Numbered from the stretch's first letter, positions 1 through 15,607 are shown. The stretch: DNA of 64,000 nucleotides from Paraspadella gotoi (GCA_051294375.1 JBJCIZ010000239.1:674442-738441), one strand, 5' to 3'. A program made the numbers and translations. Notes: generated by a model not told the origin, from the letters alone.

Positions 1-803
1 GAGAGAGAGAGAGGAGGAGAGAAGAATGGGAGATGAATTTAGTAAAACAGCCAAACAGTATAATAGATAGGTATCCATATAGTAACTCTCACTTAACAAA
101 TTAATTGATTTAGAACCGGAGGCTTTTTTTTTCGAATCATCAAATTTTTTTCCCATTAAAAATTCAAAATAATAAAAAAAATGTTTTTTTATTTTTTTCC
201 TAAAAACGAGACGAGATTAATGTTCATTTTTTGGGGAGGAATTCTGGTCGGCTGGCGGCCTTCGACGGAAATTTATGGCTTCTAAAATATTATTGAAATC
301 GATGGACAACTTATCCAAAACTGGTTGTACTTATCCTATGGAAAAATTATAGATTATCTGTTTTACGTGTTAGATTAAAAATTAAAATGAATAAAGAAAG
401 TCGAGTATATTTGACATAAGTATTAAATTTAACTATTATATATTTAATTTTTAATAACGTAATGGGGACATTGATGTTAGTGTAATATTTAATGTAGCCG
501 AATTACTAAACTAAATCTTCAGTATTACATTTAATACTAAAATAATCTAATGACCTATACATTAATACATTAATACCCCCTGAAAAAAAAAATTTAGCAT
601 TGCCCGAGAATAAAAAAATTCGGGTGAGATAAATGAAATAAAATAGAAATAAAATCGGGATAAAAATAAAATTGTCTTCCACCGAAAGGAAATCTCGCCT
701 TTTTGACGCGGAGAGAAAAAAAAGACGAAAACGATCATCCTTCAGACCAGAAGTTTGACTCTTTTTGGAGGAGAGAGAGAGAGAGCAGCAGAGAGAGAAC
801 AAG

Positions 804-893
<90 letters not shown>

Positions 894-1184
894 GTAATAG
901 ATTCTGATTTATTTATATCTTTGATGTCTCCTTTTTTTTTTGGAAGAGACGTTTTTTCCCGGCGACGGACGACGCACGACGACGAAACGACGAACGACGG
1001 ACGACCGATCGACGAGACGAACAAAACGGACGACGATGATTATTACTGACACTAAAAAAAAACTTGATTTTGAATTTTTATTCGATGATTTTAGGTTAAT
1101 TTTTCTTTTCTTAATTATTATGTCTTATTCTGCTGTTCTGTCCTCCGGTCTTTATTCTCTTATTTCTCACTTCTCTCACTCTCT

Positions 1185-1244
<60 letters not shown>

Positions 1245-1390
1245 ATCTCTCTCTCTCTCTTTCGTTTTTCTTTCTTTTTCTTTCTGTTCTTTCTTTCTTT
1301 CTTTTCTTTCTTCTTTCTTTCTTTCTTTTCTTTTCTTTGTTTCTTTCTATTTTCTTTCTTTCTTTTTTCTATTTCTTTCTATAATTTATT

Positions 1391-1478
<88 letters not shown>

Positions 1479-2714
1479 CGTAGTTAAACTTATCATCGCG
1501 TTAAAAACGATCACCTTATCTTCCCACGTCAATATTTACTTGCGGCGTTTAGAAAGGAAAACAAAACTCAGTTTAAAAAACTTTTTTTTCTCATCCATAT
1601 CGTCTCGTCTTTTGTTTCAGGTTTTCAGGTCAATCAATCAATTGACGCGATTCAAATGGCGATGGAAATTCTTCATGGCAGTTCGCGTCTTTAGAATTAG
1701 AATCGCTCTCTTATCAGTTCCCTTAAGTTTGAAAGAGCTTACTAGAATCATATAATTACGCAATCGCATCGAATAAAGTAACAATTAGGAACATAGCCAA
1801 TGATTATCTTCATCTTTATGAAAAAAAAACGATGTATTATGCCGTTAGCTCTAAAAACAACATGTAAAAAATAAATTCTTAAGTCCATGATGCCAAAAGG
1901 CGCAGGAGCAACGAACGTTGGAATAAATCGCTGTCCTTGTTTTTAACCCTTACAATTTTTGCAGCGCTCGTTTCGCCGTCAGAGAACGGCAACGGGACGC
2001 CTTCCTTTCGACCTATAGGTCACCTTCACACGCGGTTATCCGCAGACAACATTCACGAAAAACAACAGACTCAGGACACTTAGCAACCAATATACTCGCA
2101 CACACACTCGCAGAAACTTTGGAAATAGACGGGGGAACTTTCTGCACCAAGGTGGGGTAAGACAACGATATCCCCGTGTGGTTTCTCGATGGATTGTGGT
2201 CTCATCTCTCTCCTTCTCTATCTCATTTCATCCTCTCTCTCTGCTCACTCTCCTCACTGACATCTCTCCCAACGAAATAACAACTAGTAGAAACCGACCA
2301 GCTACTCACATCACTCATATACACACCGCTATTAGAACAGAGGAGTATAGCCCGCCTTGCGATGGCCTTTTTTTCGTAGACACGACCCATTTTTTATCTA
2401 ATATTACCGAATTTTTTGAGTTAAAGATTAGGTTTAGATTAGGCTAAGGGATTTGGTCTGAGGTAAGGTTAGTGATTTAAAGTTAAAGGACTTGGTTAGT
2501 GTTTACGGAATACCATTTAGGGTCAAAGATTATAAATTCGGAATTATGGGGTTATGGAGGCATGGCGCAAAAATTATGGTTAAGAATTCGTTTATATATT
2601 TAAAAATAATATATATAATAATATAGCTTTTGAGTTTGACTCTGGGCGCTTTTTTACCGACAAAACCTCCCAAACTTGCTGGCGTTGCCGCGTTGATAGA
2701 CTCCGCAAAGATGT

Positions 2715-3105
2715 CGCCCGGGAATGGCGATTGCTTTGCTGTTATGCACTATCGGGTCTGAGCCGTTGTTCTTATGTCTAGGAGTGAGCAGGTAAAGCGC
2801 CAAGATCAGATTACCCTGGGTGGTAGGCGCCGAGGGCGATCAACTCCACTTCAGGCGAGTACGCATGAAACCGCTTGACCAGTCCGTTAGACTGCGTGTG
2901 GTAAGCGTCGTTAAATTATCGGAGATTTTCCCCTCTCTTTGCTTCGATTTAGTCTTTATGTTTTTTATTTGTTCCCCCCCCTTCCCCCCACGATTCGAGG
3001 AGTTGGGAGTCATGTTGACGGACAAGAAATTGCGAGCCACTCTGTCAGTCAGAGACGGTGGTTGGGACGCCGAATGATGCGATCCCACCATAGACAAAAG
3101 CCGTC
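2715..3105 (-). pseudogene. Decayed Ty3/Gypsy integrase core fragment (copy 1)
   Basis: Across frameshifts it reads IASFGVPTTVSD..(G)SQF / AYHTQSNGLVKRFH / LLDIRTT / AIPG. This matches the Gypsy integrase pattern WIARFGVP..ITSDRG.QF..TTAYHPQSNG.VERFH..LLGIRT..LPG. Confidence 0.8.
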
Positions 3106-4082
3106 AGTATACGGTTAAATATTAAATTAATACTAAAAATTATGGAGGGATAAAACAGAAATTGGGGCCACTCCTCGAAAAGAGAGCTCCTCCCTCTCTC
3201 TTGTCTCACCCTTAAAAAAAAATGCAACGGACCGTAGGACGGACGATCGCTTCGGTCTACGAAGGAAGAGAAACAAGGAGAAAATCATTGAAGAAGAGAA
3301 AAAATTGAAAGACAGGTAGGGGGAGATTTCATGTGAGAAAATAGTTAGGGTTGTTGTGTTCAGGTGGATGAGCAGAAAATGGTACCATATTCTATTGTCA
3401 ATTTCGTGTCAATTTCGTAGAAGGGGATATCACGGTTTTCATGTAAAGATTTGAAAGGACGTTAAAAAGTTTTTTGACATACATAGTGACAAAAATTAAG
3501 TCTAGATTACAAGGTCGCAATGGTTGCATAGTTTTTGCTTGGAAGAAGCTTCGTGATATATATATTAGCTTTTTAAAAGTATCGAATCCAAGATATACTG
3601 TAGAATCTTAAGTATAGATAATTTATTTGTAAATTGACAAACCAGGTATTATATGTCGGGGGGGAAAATTGTTAATTTATTAACGTATGATTAATTTAAT
3701 CAAAATTCTAATAGGAAGAATCTTAAATGCTCAAGATTCTTGATTCCTTGGAACAATTTCAAATTAATTAGGATGGACTCCGTAAAAGATTTCCGAGCGA
3801 CGTTTAACTCCGACGATGCCAATCGGGGCGCTCGGGCAGACAAAGGATGGAACTAAAAAGTCATGGGGCCGACGGACAAGCCAACCAGAATGTCTAAGTC
3901 TTCTCTCGATTAGCTGGAAATCGAGGCGGCGATAGGATGGAACCATCAGAGAGGGATAAAATCTGAGATCAATTTAATAGGACGAGTCAATAATACGTTA
4001 TCTAAATTAGCAGAGTTGGCAACAGACGGTTAGAAGGGGGGACCAGAGAGAGAGAGAGAAGAGAGAGAGAGAGTTAGAGAGA

Positions 4083-4133
<51 letters not shown>

Positions 4134-4246
4134 ACGGAGTGGGGTGTTTTAGAAAAAGAAGAGAGTTTTAAAAAAAGCACGAATTGAGAAAAGCTTTTTC
4201 GCATAAATTTTTTTTACACACAAAGCCATCGGCTTACTTTCGGAAA

Positions 4247-4284
<38 letters not shown>

Positions 4285-6888
4285 GCTCTCTGCTCTCTCT
4301 CTCTCTCTCAACTCCGTCCTATCCTCTCCTTGCTTCTTATTGACTAAGCGATCGAGAAATTTGATCTGGGATTAGAGATTTCTCTTGTCTTGACGAATCT
4401 TTTAAGACCTTTTCGCTTTGTCGCCGAAGGATAGAGCTGAGACTAAAGGAGAGAGAGAGAGAGAGAGGAGAGAGAGAATGAAACTTTCCCTTGCCGAATA
4501 TTTCGTGTGAAAGGTAAACTTTTTTTCAAATTTAACTAGGAATATAATTTTTTTTTTTAAATTCCTTTTCTTTATTTTTAAAAAGGAAAGAGTCATCCGC
4601 GATCATTTTTAGTATAGACTTGGTAGTCAAGTAATACATTTAGGTCCCTTATTTCTTTGAGTATATCGCCGCTAATTGTTGGGGATTTAGATAAAAAGTT
4701 ATTCCTCTTTGATATGATCTTCATTCTAGAGAGGTTGCTAATCAGGGGTGGGCCTTTTAATTAAGAAGGGTCCCTTATTTAAGATATCCCGCTCGTTTGC
4801 TGTGGTTTAGAAAATATAAAAATGCTTTTTCAGGTGTCAACTTTTTATCGTTGTACAAGATAGAAATTGCTTATTTTGAAGTGGCCGCTTAATTCTAAAA
4901 GGCTAAATGGCTGATATTTTACGTGATATGGTTGCTTCAACATTCAAAAAAATTTTCAATATTTAAAGTGATCTCTCATTGAAGTGGCAATGAATTTGGA
5001 AAATGCCCCCTAATTAGAAAGTGTATATTTTTCATTTAAGGTCGTCCCCTCTTTAAAGTTGTCGCTCACATGTTGAGATGACCCCTTAATATCTAAATTG
5101 AAACTCCCGCTGGAAATTTTGATTGAATCGAGTTTGGATCGACAAGCGACATAAGAGAAGAAATCATAGAGAAGAGGAATTCAAGCGTAAACAAAAAAAA
5201 GAATCTAGATGAAAAAAAAAAGGAAATGAATAAATGAATGAATGAATGAATCGCACATGATTTTTTTTTGTTGAAAGCTTAAAATCAGAGAAGATATAGT
5301 GTAAGAAGATATAACTGTAAGATATACTGTAGAACACTGTAGATATTACTGCGTAAAACTGTAAGATATACAGTAGAACTGTAAAACTGTAAGTAAAGTA
5401 AACAAGTTTTGAGAAACAATGTCGGGTCTGCCTTACGATAATTAATTAATTAATTAATCAATGTTAATTAACTTTATTTAAATATGTAATAACTCTAATT
5501 TTTAAATTTATATTCAACTTATCATCATGATGTCCTTAAAAATTGGGTTAGAACAGTTATTAATATGTTTTTGTTTTGCATTTTATCAAAAACAAAAGCA
5601 AATTCCTTTATTTTATTTTATGTCTCCTTGTACTCTCTCAGCTCTCCACTCTCTCTCTCTCTCTCTCTTCTTTTTATGCAATTGCGACGATCCTTATGCT
5701 TTTAAGAAATTTTTTTAACGTTGCATCATTTTTTTCACATTAAATTAATTAATTAATTAACAAATTAATTAATTAAAACATTTATTAGTAATCATTAAAT
5801 ATTAAAGATTCAAGATATGTGAACTTTATGTTTTTTCCATCTAAACTCATTCCACTGGCAGCAAATTCCGTCAAAACTTTATATAATTATTATATAATTA
5901 ATAAATATTTAAAAGCTTCAGTGCAACAACCCAATTGAACTAAATCAAAAAATTTACATTGAAAATCGATTTGTAGTAAAAGGAAAAAGGATTTTAAAGA
6001 GAACTAGGAGGTGAGAAAGTGTTCAATTTTGGCCCGCTTACTAGATATTAGGCCGGAAACAGGTTGAAAAACTTGAAGTTATCATCAAATGGTTAAATGG
6101 TCCTCAAATGGTTAAGCGACTATTAAATAATATGAAATTGAAAAATAATTTTTAAAATTTTTGCTTCATCAATTTTTTTTATTAGATTCTGATAGAGCTT
6201 TAAAAAGTTAGATAAAGTTATTAATACAACTTTTTTTTGTTTTATTTATGAAAATTAAAAAAAAATTATAAATTCGCGCCAATAATGATGATGATGATAA
6301 TTTTTAAGGTTTTTTCTATTTTTAACCAATTTATTGGTCAAAATTTGAATGAAAAATTATAGTACTTAAACTTTCCATTTAAACTTCTTAGCTCTACAAG
6401 AACCCTGTTAAAATATTTCCGTGTTTTCAAGTTCCCAAAAATCGTATGCTCTTTTTGCTAGGAACGTTTACTATATATCTAAGTGAAGAAACTTACCTTT
6501 TGTGAGAGGAAAAAAAAAAAACCGATCAAGTCGAATACTAGACGGACGCATCGTATTGCAGAGCCAACGCGAGAAAAAACCTGTCAAAACCAGAAGACAA
6601 GACGGCAATCAAAGGCTAAATGTTGAGACGTTATTTAGTTGTCATATCTATGAAAGTAAGAAAGGCAAAATCCCGATATTGATAAATTTTGTAGTAATAA
6701 ATTTTGAAAATTTTCTTTTCGCCCAAAGAAAAACAGAAGGATGATCCATTTTCAATTGTATACCAAAAATGAAAGTGATTCATTTTTTCGAAAAAATAAA
6801 TGTTTGTTTTGATTATAGCGGCTAAAAAAATGATTTAAGAATATTACTTGCGTTTATATTTGTAGAAGATAGAAATAAAGAGAGAGAA

Positions 6889-6930
<42 letters not shown>

Positions 6931-6936
6931 AGGAGC

Positions 6937-6968
<32 letters not shown>

Positions 6969-7599
6969 TAGAGAGAGAGAGAGGAGAGAAAGAAAGAAAG
7001 AAAAAAGAAAAGAAGAGAGAAAAGGAAAAGAGAGAAAGAAAGAAAGAAAGAAAGAAGAAGACGAGAAAGAAAGAATGTCCAGAGTCGTAAAACTGTAAAA
7101 GATATTCTTTTATAAGAAACAAAAGAAGGAAAGCCTTGCAAAGAGGTTGAGTAATTTCTCTACTTTTTTTTTTCTCTCTCTTCTTTCCATCAATCAGTCA
7201 AGCGATCCGTTCGCGCCTTGTCCTTCCCGTCCATACACTCTGGACGTTTATAATCCGATAACAATATTTTAAAGAATGATGCGTGTTAAGTTTTTTTTCG
7301 TGTTGCGTCGCGTCGATGGTCCAACTTTTGATGTTTCTTTTCTTCTTCCTCCTCCTCCTCGTTCTTCTTCCCTCCTCCTCCTTTTCTTTGCACTTTTTCC
7401 CGGGATCTCTGGCGAGAACAGATCTACTCGACAGAATCGACAAGACACGACATTAAGGCCGATTTTAAACCCTCCGAAAAATACGGGTCTATAAAAGGGG
7501 AGGACAAAACATAAAAACGATAAAAAATATATATCGCCGCCCGCCCGATGTAGTAATTAAAAAGGGAATGGCATTTCTTCGCTTTCTCTCTCCTCTCTC

Positions 7600-7635
<36 letters not shown>

Positions 7636-8500
7636 CTCTCTCTCTCTCTCTCTCTCTCGCTTTGTTAATAAGGTACTTGTGTCGGAGGCAGGGAAACGAG
7701 TCGGCGTCCATCTCGAGATAAGCGGCTCGAAAAAGAAACGAAGTAACAAAGAGAGAATGGAAGATGGGAAGAGAGAGGAAAAGGAAGGTAGGAAAGTGGA
7801 AGAGAGAGAAAAAGGAAGGTAGGAAAGTGGAAGAGAGAAGGAAAAGGAGGTGGAAGGAAGAGAGGAAAATGTTGTAAAGTGGAAGAGAGAGGGAAAAAGA
7901 GATGGTGGAAACTGGAAAGGAAGTGAGAGAAAAAAGGGAAAGTTAGAAAGATAACGATGGGAATGCTGGAAAAATGGAAATGATGGAAACAATAGAAATG
8001 CTGAAAACGCTGGAAATGATGGAAAAGATGAAAACGATGGAAATGCTGAAAACGATATGACAAAAGTTGGTGGAAAAGTGAAAGAATTTTCAGTTTTCAC
8101 GGTATAAGCGACATTTAAAATTTCAGTGGCCGCAGTTAAATGCAGACACCGGTAGAGATATGAAGAGAAGAAGCGGAAATTTTAGGAAGAAGCGGAGATT
8201 ACAAAGGAGAAGCGGAAATTATAAGAAGAAGCGTAGATTTGAAGCGGAGAACCGATCGAAGAGGGCGAGCTGTTAATTAATCGAAAGGATTATTCGTTTG
8301 TCAAGATTCGAGAGAGGCTGGCTCGCTCTTCCTGTTTATCTGCCCGCCTACTTAGGTGTGCGGGGAAATTATGACGGTTTGAAGTGGAGAGAGAGAGAGG
8401 GAGAGAGANNNNNNNNNNNNNNNNNNNNNNNNNGGGGGATAGAGAGAGAGAGAGTACAGAAGAGAGAGTGAGAGAGAAGGAAATGAAGAGAAAAAAGTGA

Positions 8501-8582
<82 letters not shown>

Positions 8583-8664
8583 AAGAAGGAGAAAAAGTGA
8601 GATGGAGAGAAAGAAGAGAGAGAGAGAGACGAGAGAGAGAGAGAGAGAGAGAGAAGAGAGAGAT

Positions 8665-8728
<64 letters not shown>

Positions 8729-9518
8729 GAGGAGAGAAGAATGGGAGATGAATTTAGTAAAACAGCCAAACAGTATAATAGATAGGTATCCATATAGTAA
8801 CTCTCACTTAACAAATTAATTGATTTAGAACCGGAGGCTTTTTTTTTCGAATCATCAAATTTTTTTCCCATTAAAAATTCAAAATAATAAAAAAAATGTT
8901 TTTTTATTTTTTTCCTAAAAACGAGACGAGATTAATGTTCATTTTTTGGGGAGGAATTCTGGTCGGCTGGCGGCCTTCGACGGAAATTTATGGCTTCTAA
9001 AATATTATTGAAATCGATGGACAACTTATCCAAAACTGGTTGTACTTATCCTATGGAAAAATTATAGATTATCTGTTTTACGTGTTAGATTAAAAATTAA
9101 AATGAATAAAGAAAGTCGAGTATATTTGACATAAGTATTAAATTTAACTATTATATATTTAATTTTTAATAACGTAATGGGGACATTGATGTTAGTGTAA
9201 TATTTAATGTAGCCGAATTACTAAACTAAATCTTCAGTATTACATTTAATACTAAAATAATCTAATGACCTATACATTAATACATTAATACCCCCTGAAA
9301 AAAAAAATTTAGCATTGCCCGAGAATAAAAAAATTCGGGTGAGATAAATGAAATAAAATAGAAATAAAATCGGGATAAAAATAAAATTGTCTTCCACCGA
9401 AAGGAAATCTCGCCTTTTTGACGCGGAGAGAAAAAAAAGACGAAAACGATCATCCTTCAGACCAGAAGTTTGACTCTTTTTGGAGGAGAGAGAGAGAGAG
9501 CAGCAGAGAGAGAACAAG

Positions 9519-9608
<90 letters not shown>

Positions 9609-9899
9609 GTAATAGATTCTGATTTATTTATATCTTTGATGTCTCCTTTTTTTTTTGGAAGAGACGTTTTTTCCCGGCGACGGACGACGCACGACGACGA
9701 AACGACGAACGACGGACGACCGATCGACGAGACGAACAAAACGGACGACGATGATTATTACTGACACTAAAAAAAAACTTGATTTTGAATTTTTATTCGA
9801 TGATTTTAGGTTAATTTTTCTTTTCTTAATTATTATGTCTTATTCTGCTGTTCTGTCCTCCGGTCTTTATTCTCTTATTTCTCACTTCTCTCACTCTCT

Positions 9900-9959
<60 letters not shown>

Positions 9960-10103
9960 ATCTCTCTCTCTCTCTTTCGTTTTTCTTTCTTTTTCTTTCT
10001 GTTCTTTCTTTCTTTCTTTTCTTTCTTCTTTCTTTCTTTCTTTTCTTTTCTTTGTTTCTTTCTATTTTCTTTCTTTCTTTTTTCTATTTCTTTCTATAAT
10101 TTA

Positions 10104-10194
<91 letters not shown>

Positions 10195-11430
10195 CGTAGT
10201 TAAACTTATCATCGCGTTAAAAACGATCACCTTATCTTCCCACGTCAATATTTACTTGCGGCGTTTAGAAAGGAAAACAAAACTCAGTTTAAAAAACTTT
10301 TTTTTCTCATCCATATCGTCTCGTCTTTTGTTTCAGGTTTTCAGGTCAATCAATCAATTGACGCGATTCAAATGGCGATGGAAATTCTTCATGGCAGTTC
10401 GCGTCTTTAGAATTAGAATCGCTCTCTTATCAGTTCCCTTAAGTTTGAAAGAGCTTACTAGAATCATATAATTACGCAATCGCATCGAATAAAGTAACAA
10501 TTAGGAACATAGCCAATGATTATCTTCATCTTTATGAAAAAAAAACGATGTATTATGCCGTTAGCTCTAAAAACAACATGTAAAAAATAAATTCTTAAGT
10601 CCATGATGCCAAAAGGCGCAGGAGCAACGAACGTTGGAATAAATCGCTGTCCTTGTTTTTAACCCTTACAATTTTTGCAGCGCTCGTTTCGCCGTCAGAG
10701 AACGGCAACGGGACGCCTTCCTTTCGACCTATAGGTCACCTTCACACGCGGTTATCCGCAGACAACATTCACGAAAAACAACAGACTCAGGACACTTAGC
10801 AACCAATATACTCGCACACACACTCGCAGAAACTTTGGAAATAGACGGGGGAACTTTCTGCACCAAGGTGGGGTAAGACAACGATATCCCCGTGTGGTTT
10901 CTCGATGGATTGTGGTCTCATCTCTCTCCTTCTCTATCTCATTTCATCCTCTCTCTCTGCTCACTCTCCTCACTGACATCTCTCCCAACGAAATAACAAC
11001 TAGTAGAAACCGACCAGCTACTCACATCACTCATATACACACCGCTATTAGAACAGAGGAGTATAGCCCGCCTTGCGATGGCCTTTTTTTCGTAGACACG
11101 ACCCATTTTTTATCTAATATTACCGAATTTTTTGAGTTAAAGATTAGGTTTAGATTAGGCTAAGGGATTTGGTCTGAGGTAAGGTTAGTGATTTAAAGTT
11201 AAAGGACTTGGTTAGTGTTTACGGAATACCATTTAGGGTCAAAGATTATAAATTCGGAATTATGGGGTTATGGAGGCATGGCGCAAAAATTATGGTTAAG
11301 AATTCGTTTATATATTTAAAAATAATATATATAATAATATAGCTTTTGAGTTTGACTCTGGGCGCTTTTTTACCGACAAAACCTCCCAAACTTGCTGGCG
11401 TTGCCGCGTTGATAGACTCCGCAAAGATGT

Positions 11431-11821
11431 CGCCCGGGAATGGCGATTGCTTTGCTGTTATGCACTATCGGGTCTGAGCCGTTGTTCTTATGTCTAGGAG
11501 TGAGCAGGTAAAGCGCCAAGATCAGATTACCCTGGGTGGTAGGCGCCGAGGGCGATCAACTCCACTTCAGGCGAGTACGCATGAAACCGCTTGACCAGTC
11601 CGTTAGACTGCGTGTGGTAAGCGTCGTTAAATTATCGGAGATTTTCCCCTCTCTTTGCTTCGATTTAGTCTTTATGTTTTTTATTTGTTCCCCCCCCTTC
11701 CCCCCACGATTCGAGGAGTTGGGAGTCATGTTGACGGACAAGAAATTGCGAGCCACTCTGTCAGTCAGAGACGGTGGTTGGGACGCCGAATGATGCGATC
11801 CCACCATAGACAAAAGCCGTC
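11431..11821 (-). pseudogene. Decayed Gypsy integrase fragment (copy 2, in the tandem duplicate)
   Basis: Same sequence as 2715-3105, offset by 8716. Confidence 0.8.
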
Positions 11822-12806
11822 AGTATACGGTTAAATATTAAATTAATACTAAAAATTATGGAGGGATAAAACAGAAATTGGGGCCACTCCTCGAAAAGAG
11901 AGCTCCTCCCTCTCTCTTGTCTCACCCTTAAAAAAAAATGCAACGGACCGTAGGACGGACGATCGCTTCGGTCTACGAAGGAAGAGAAACAAGGAGAAAA
12001 TCATTGAAGAAGAGAAAAAATTGAAAGACAGGTAGGGGGAGATTTCATGTGAGAAAATAGTTAGGGTTGTTGTGTTCAGGTGGATGAGCAGAAAATGGTA
12101 CCATATTCTATTGTCAATTTCGTGTCAATTTCGTAGAAGGGGATATCACGGTTTTCATGTAAAGATTTGAAAGGACGTTAAAAAGTTTTTTGACATACAT
12201 AGTGACAAAAATTAAGTCTAGATTACAAGGTCGCAATGGTTGCATAGTTTTTGCTTGGAAGAAGCTTCGTGATATATATATTAGCTTTTTAAAAGTATCG
12301 AATCCAAGATATACTGTAGAATCTTAAGTATAGATAATTTATTTGTAAATTGACAAACCAGGTATTATATGTCGGGGGGGAAAATTGTTAATTTATTAAC
12401 GTATGATTAATTTAATCAAAATTCTAATAGGAAGAATCTTAAATGCTCAAGATTCTTGATTCCTTGGAACAATTTCAAATTAATTAGGATGGACTCCGTA
12501 AAAGATTTCCGAGCGACGTTTAACTCCGACGATGCCAATCGGGGCGCTCGGGCAGACAAAGGATGGAACTAAAAAGTCATGGGGCCGACGGACAAGCCAA
12601 CCAGAATGTCTAAGTCTTCTCTCGATTAGCTGGAAATCGAGGCGGCGATAGGATGGAACCATCAGAGAGGGATAAAATCTGAGATCAATTTAATAGGACG
12701 AGTCAATAATACGTTATCTAAATTAGCAGAGTTGGCAACAGACGGTTAGAAGGGGGGACCAGAGAGAGAGAGAGAAGAGAGAGAGAGAGTTATGAGAGAA
12801 GAGAAG

Positions 12807-12852
<46 letters not shown>

Positions 12853-12965
12853 ACGGAGTGGGGTGTTTTAGAAAAAGAAGAGAGTTTTAAAAAAAGCACG
12901 AATTGAGAAAAGCTTTTTCGCATAAATTTTTTTTACACACAAAGCCATCGGCTTACTTTCGGAAA

Positions 12966-13003
<38 letters not shown>

Positions 13004-15607
13004 GCTCTCTGCTCTCTCTCTCTCTCTCAACTCCGTCCTATCCTCTCCTTGCTTCTTATTGACTAAGCGATCGAGAAATTTGATCTGGGATTAGAGATTT
13101 CTCTTGTCTTGACGAATCTTTTAAGACCTTTTCGCTTTGTCGCCGAAGGATAGAGCTGAGACTAAAGGAGAGAGAGAGAGAGAGAGGAGAGAGAGAATGA
13201 AACTTTCCCTTGCCGAATATTTCGTGTGAAAGGTAAACTTTTTTTCAAATTTAACTAGGAATATAATTTTTTTTTTTAAATTCCTTTTCTTTATTTTTAA
13301 AAAGGAAAGAGTCATCCGCGATCATTTTTAGTATAGACTTGGTAGTCAAGTAATACATTTAGGTCCCTTATTTCTTTGAGTATATCGCCGCTAATTGTTG
13401 GGGATTTAGATAAAAAGTTATTCCTCTTTGATATGATCTTCATTCTAGAGAGGTTGCTAATCAGGGGTGGGCCTTTTAATTAAGAAGGGTCCCTTATTTA
13501 AGATATCCCGCTCGTTTGCTGTGGTTTAGAAAATATAAAAATGCTTTTTCAGGTGTCAACTTTTTATCGTTGTACAAGATAGAAATTGCTTATTTTGAAG
13601 TGGCCGCTTAATTCTAAAAGGCTAAATGGCTGATATTTTACGTGATATGGTTGCTTCAACATTCAAAAAAATTTTCAATATTTAAAGTGATCTCTCATTG
13701 AAGTGGCAATGAATTTGGAAAATGCCCCCTAATTAGAAAGTGTATATTTTTCATTTAAGGTCGTCCCCTCTTTAAAGTTGTCGCTCACATGTTGAGATGA
13801 CCCCTTAATATCTAAATTGAAACTCCCGCTGGAAATTTTGATTGAATCGAGTTTGGATCGACAAGCGACATAAGAGAAGAAATCATAGAGAAGAGGAATT
13901 CAAGCGTAAACAAAAAAAAGAATCTAGATGAAAAAAAAAAGGAAATGAATAAATGAATGAATGAATGAATCGCACATGATTTTTTTTTGTTGAAAGCTTA
14001 AAATCAGAGAAGATATAGTGTAAGAAGATATAACTGTAAGATATACTGTAGAACACTGTAGATATTACTGCGTAAAACTGTAAGATATACAGTAGAACTG
14101 TAAAACTGTAAGTAAAGTAAACAAGTTTTGAGAAACAATGTCGGGTCTGCCTTACGATAATTAATTAATTAATTAATCAATGTTAATTAACTTTATTTAA
14201 ATATGTAATAACTCTAATTTTTAAATTTATATTCAACTTATCATCATGATGTCCTTAAAAATTGGGTTAGAACAGTTATTAATATGTTTTTGTTTTGCAT
14301 TTTATCAAAAACAAAAGCAAATTCCTTTATTTTATTTTATGTCTCCTTGTACTCTCTCAGCTCTCCACTCTCTCTCTCTCTCTCTCTTCTTTTTATGCAA
14401 TTGCGACGATCCTTATGCTTTTAAGAAATTTTTTTAACGTTGCATCATTTTTTTCACATTAAATTAATTAATTAATTAACAAATTAATTAATTAAAACAT
14501 TTATTAGTAATCATTAAATATTAAAGATTCAAGATATGTGAACTTTATGTTTTTTCCATCTAAACTCATTCCACTGGCAGCAAATTCCGTCAAAACTTTA
14601 TATAATTATTATATAATTAATAAATATTTAAAAGCTTCAGTGCAACAACCCAATTGAACTAAATCAAAAAATTTACATTGAAAATCGATTTGTAGTAAAA
14701 GGAAAAAGGATTTTAAAGAGAACTAGGAGGTGAGAAAGTGTTCAATTTTGGCCCGCTTACTAGATATTAGGCCGGAAACAGGTTGAAAAACTTGAAGTTA
14801 TCATCAAATGGTTAAATGGTCCTCAAATGGTTAAGCGACTATTAAATAATATGAAATTGAAAAATAATTTTTAAAATTTTTGCTTCATCAATTTTTTTTA
14901 TTAGATTCTGATAGAGCTTTAAAAAGTTAGATAAAGTTATTAATACAACTTTTTTTTGTTTTATTTATGAAAATTAAAAAAAAATTATAAATTCGCGCCA
15001 ATAATGATGATGATGATAATTTTTAAGGTTTTTTCTATTTTTAACCAATTTATTGGTCAAAATTTGAATGAAAAATTATAGTACTTAAACTTTCCATTTA
15101 AACTTCTTAGCTCTACAAGAACCCTGTTAAAATATTTCCGTGTTTTCAAGTTCCCAAAAATCGTATGCTCTTTTTGCTAGGAACGTTTACTATATATCTA
15201 AGTGAAGAAACTTACCTTTTGTGAGAGGAAAAAAAAAAAACCGATCAAGTCGAATACTAGACGGACGCATCGTATTGCAGAGCCAACGCGAGAAAAAACC
15301 TGTCAAAACCAGAAGACAAGACGGCAATCAAAGGCTAAATGTTGAGACGTTATTTAGTTGTCATATCTATGAAAGTAAGAAAGGCAAAATCCCGATATTG
15401 ATAAATTTTGTAGTAATAAATTTTGAAAATTTTCTTTTCGCCCAAAGAAAAACAGAAGGATGATCCATTTTCAATTGTATACCAAAAATGAAAGTGATTC
15501 ATTTTTTCGAAAAAATAAATGTTTGTTTTGATTATAGCGGCTAAAAAAATGATTTAAGAATATTACTTGCGTTTATATTTGTAGAAGATAGAAATAAAGA
15601 GAGAGAA

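Noticed and set aside
506-1755. Long (SL)n/(RE)n ORFs here and throughout the window
   Set aside because: Read-through of (CT)n/(GA)n microsatellites; no protein features.
2427-2500. TTAGG-like degenerate repeats (telomere?)
   Set aside because: Short, highly degenerate and internal; not a telomeric array.
8320-8350. RADKQE peptide identical to a stretch of the Gypsy integrase C-terminus
   Set aside because: Only six residues with no flanking similarity; chance match is likely.
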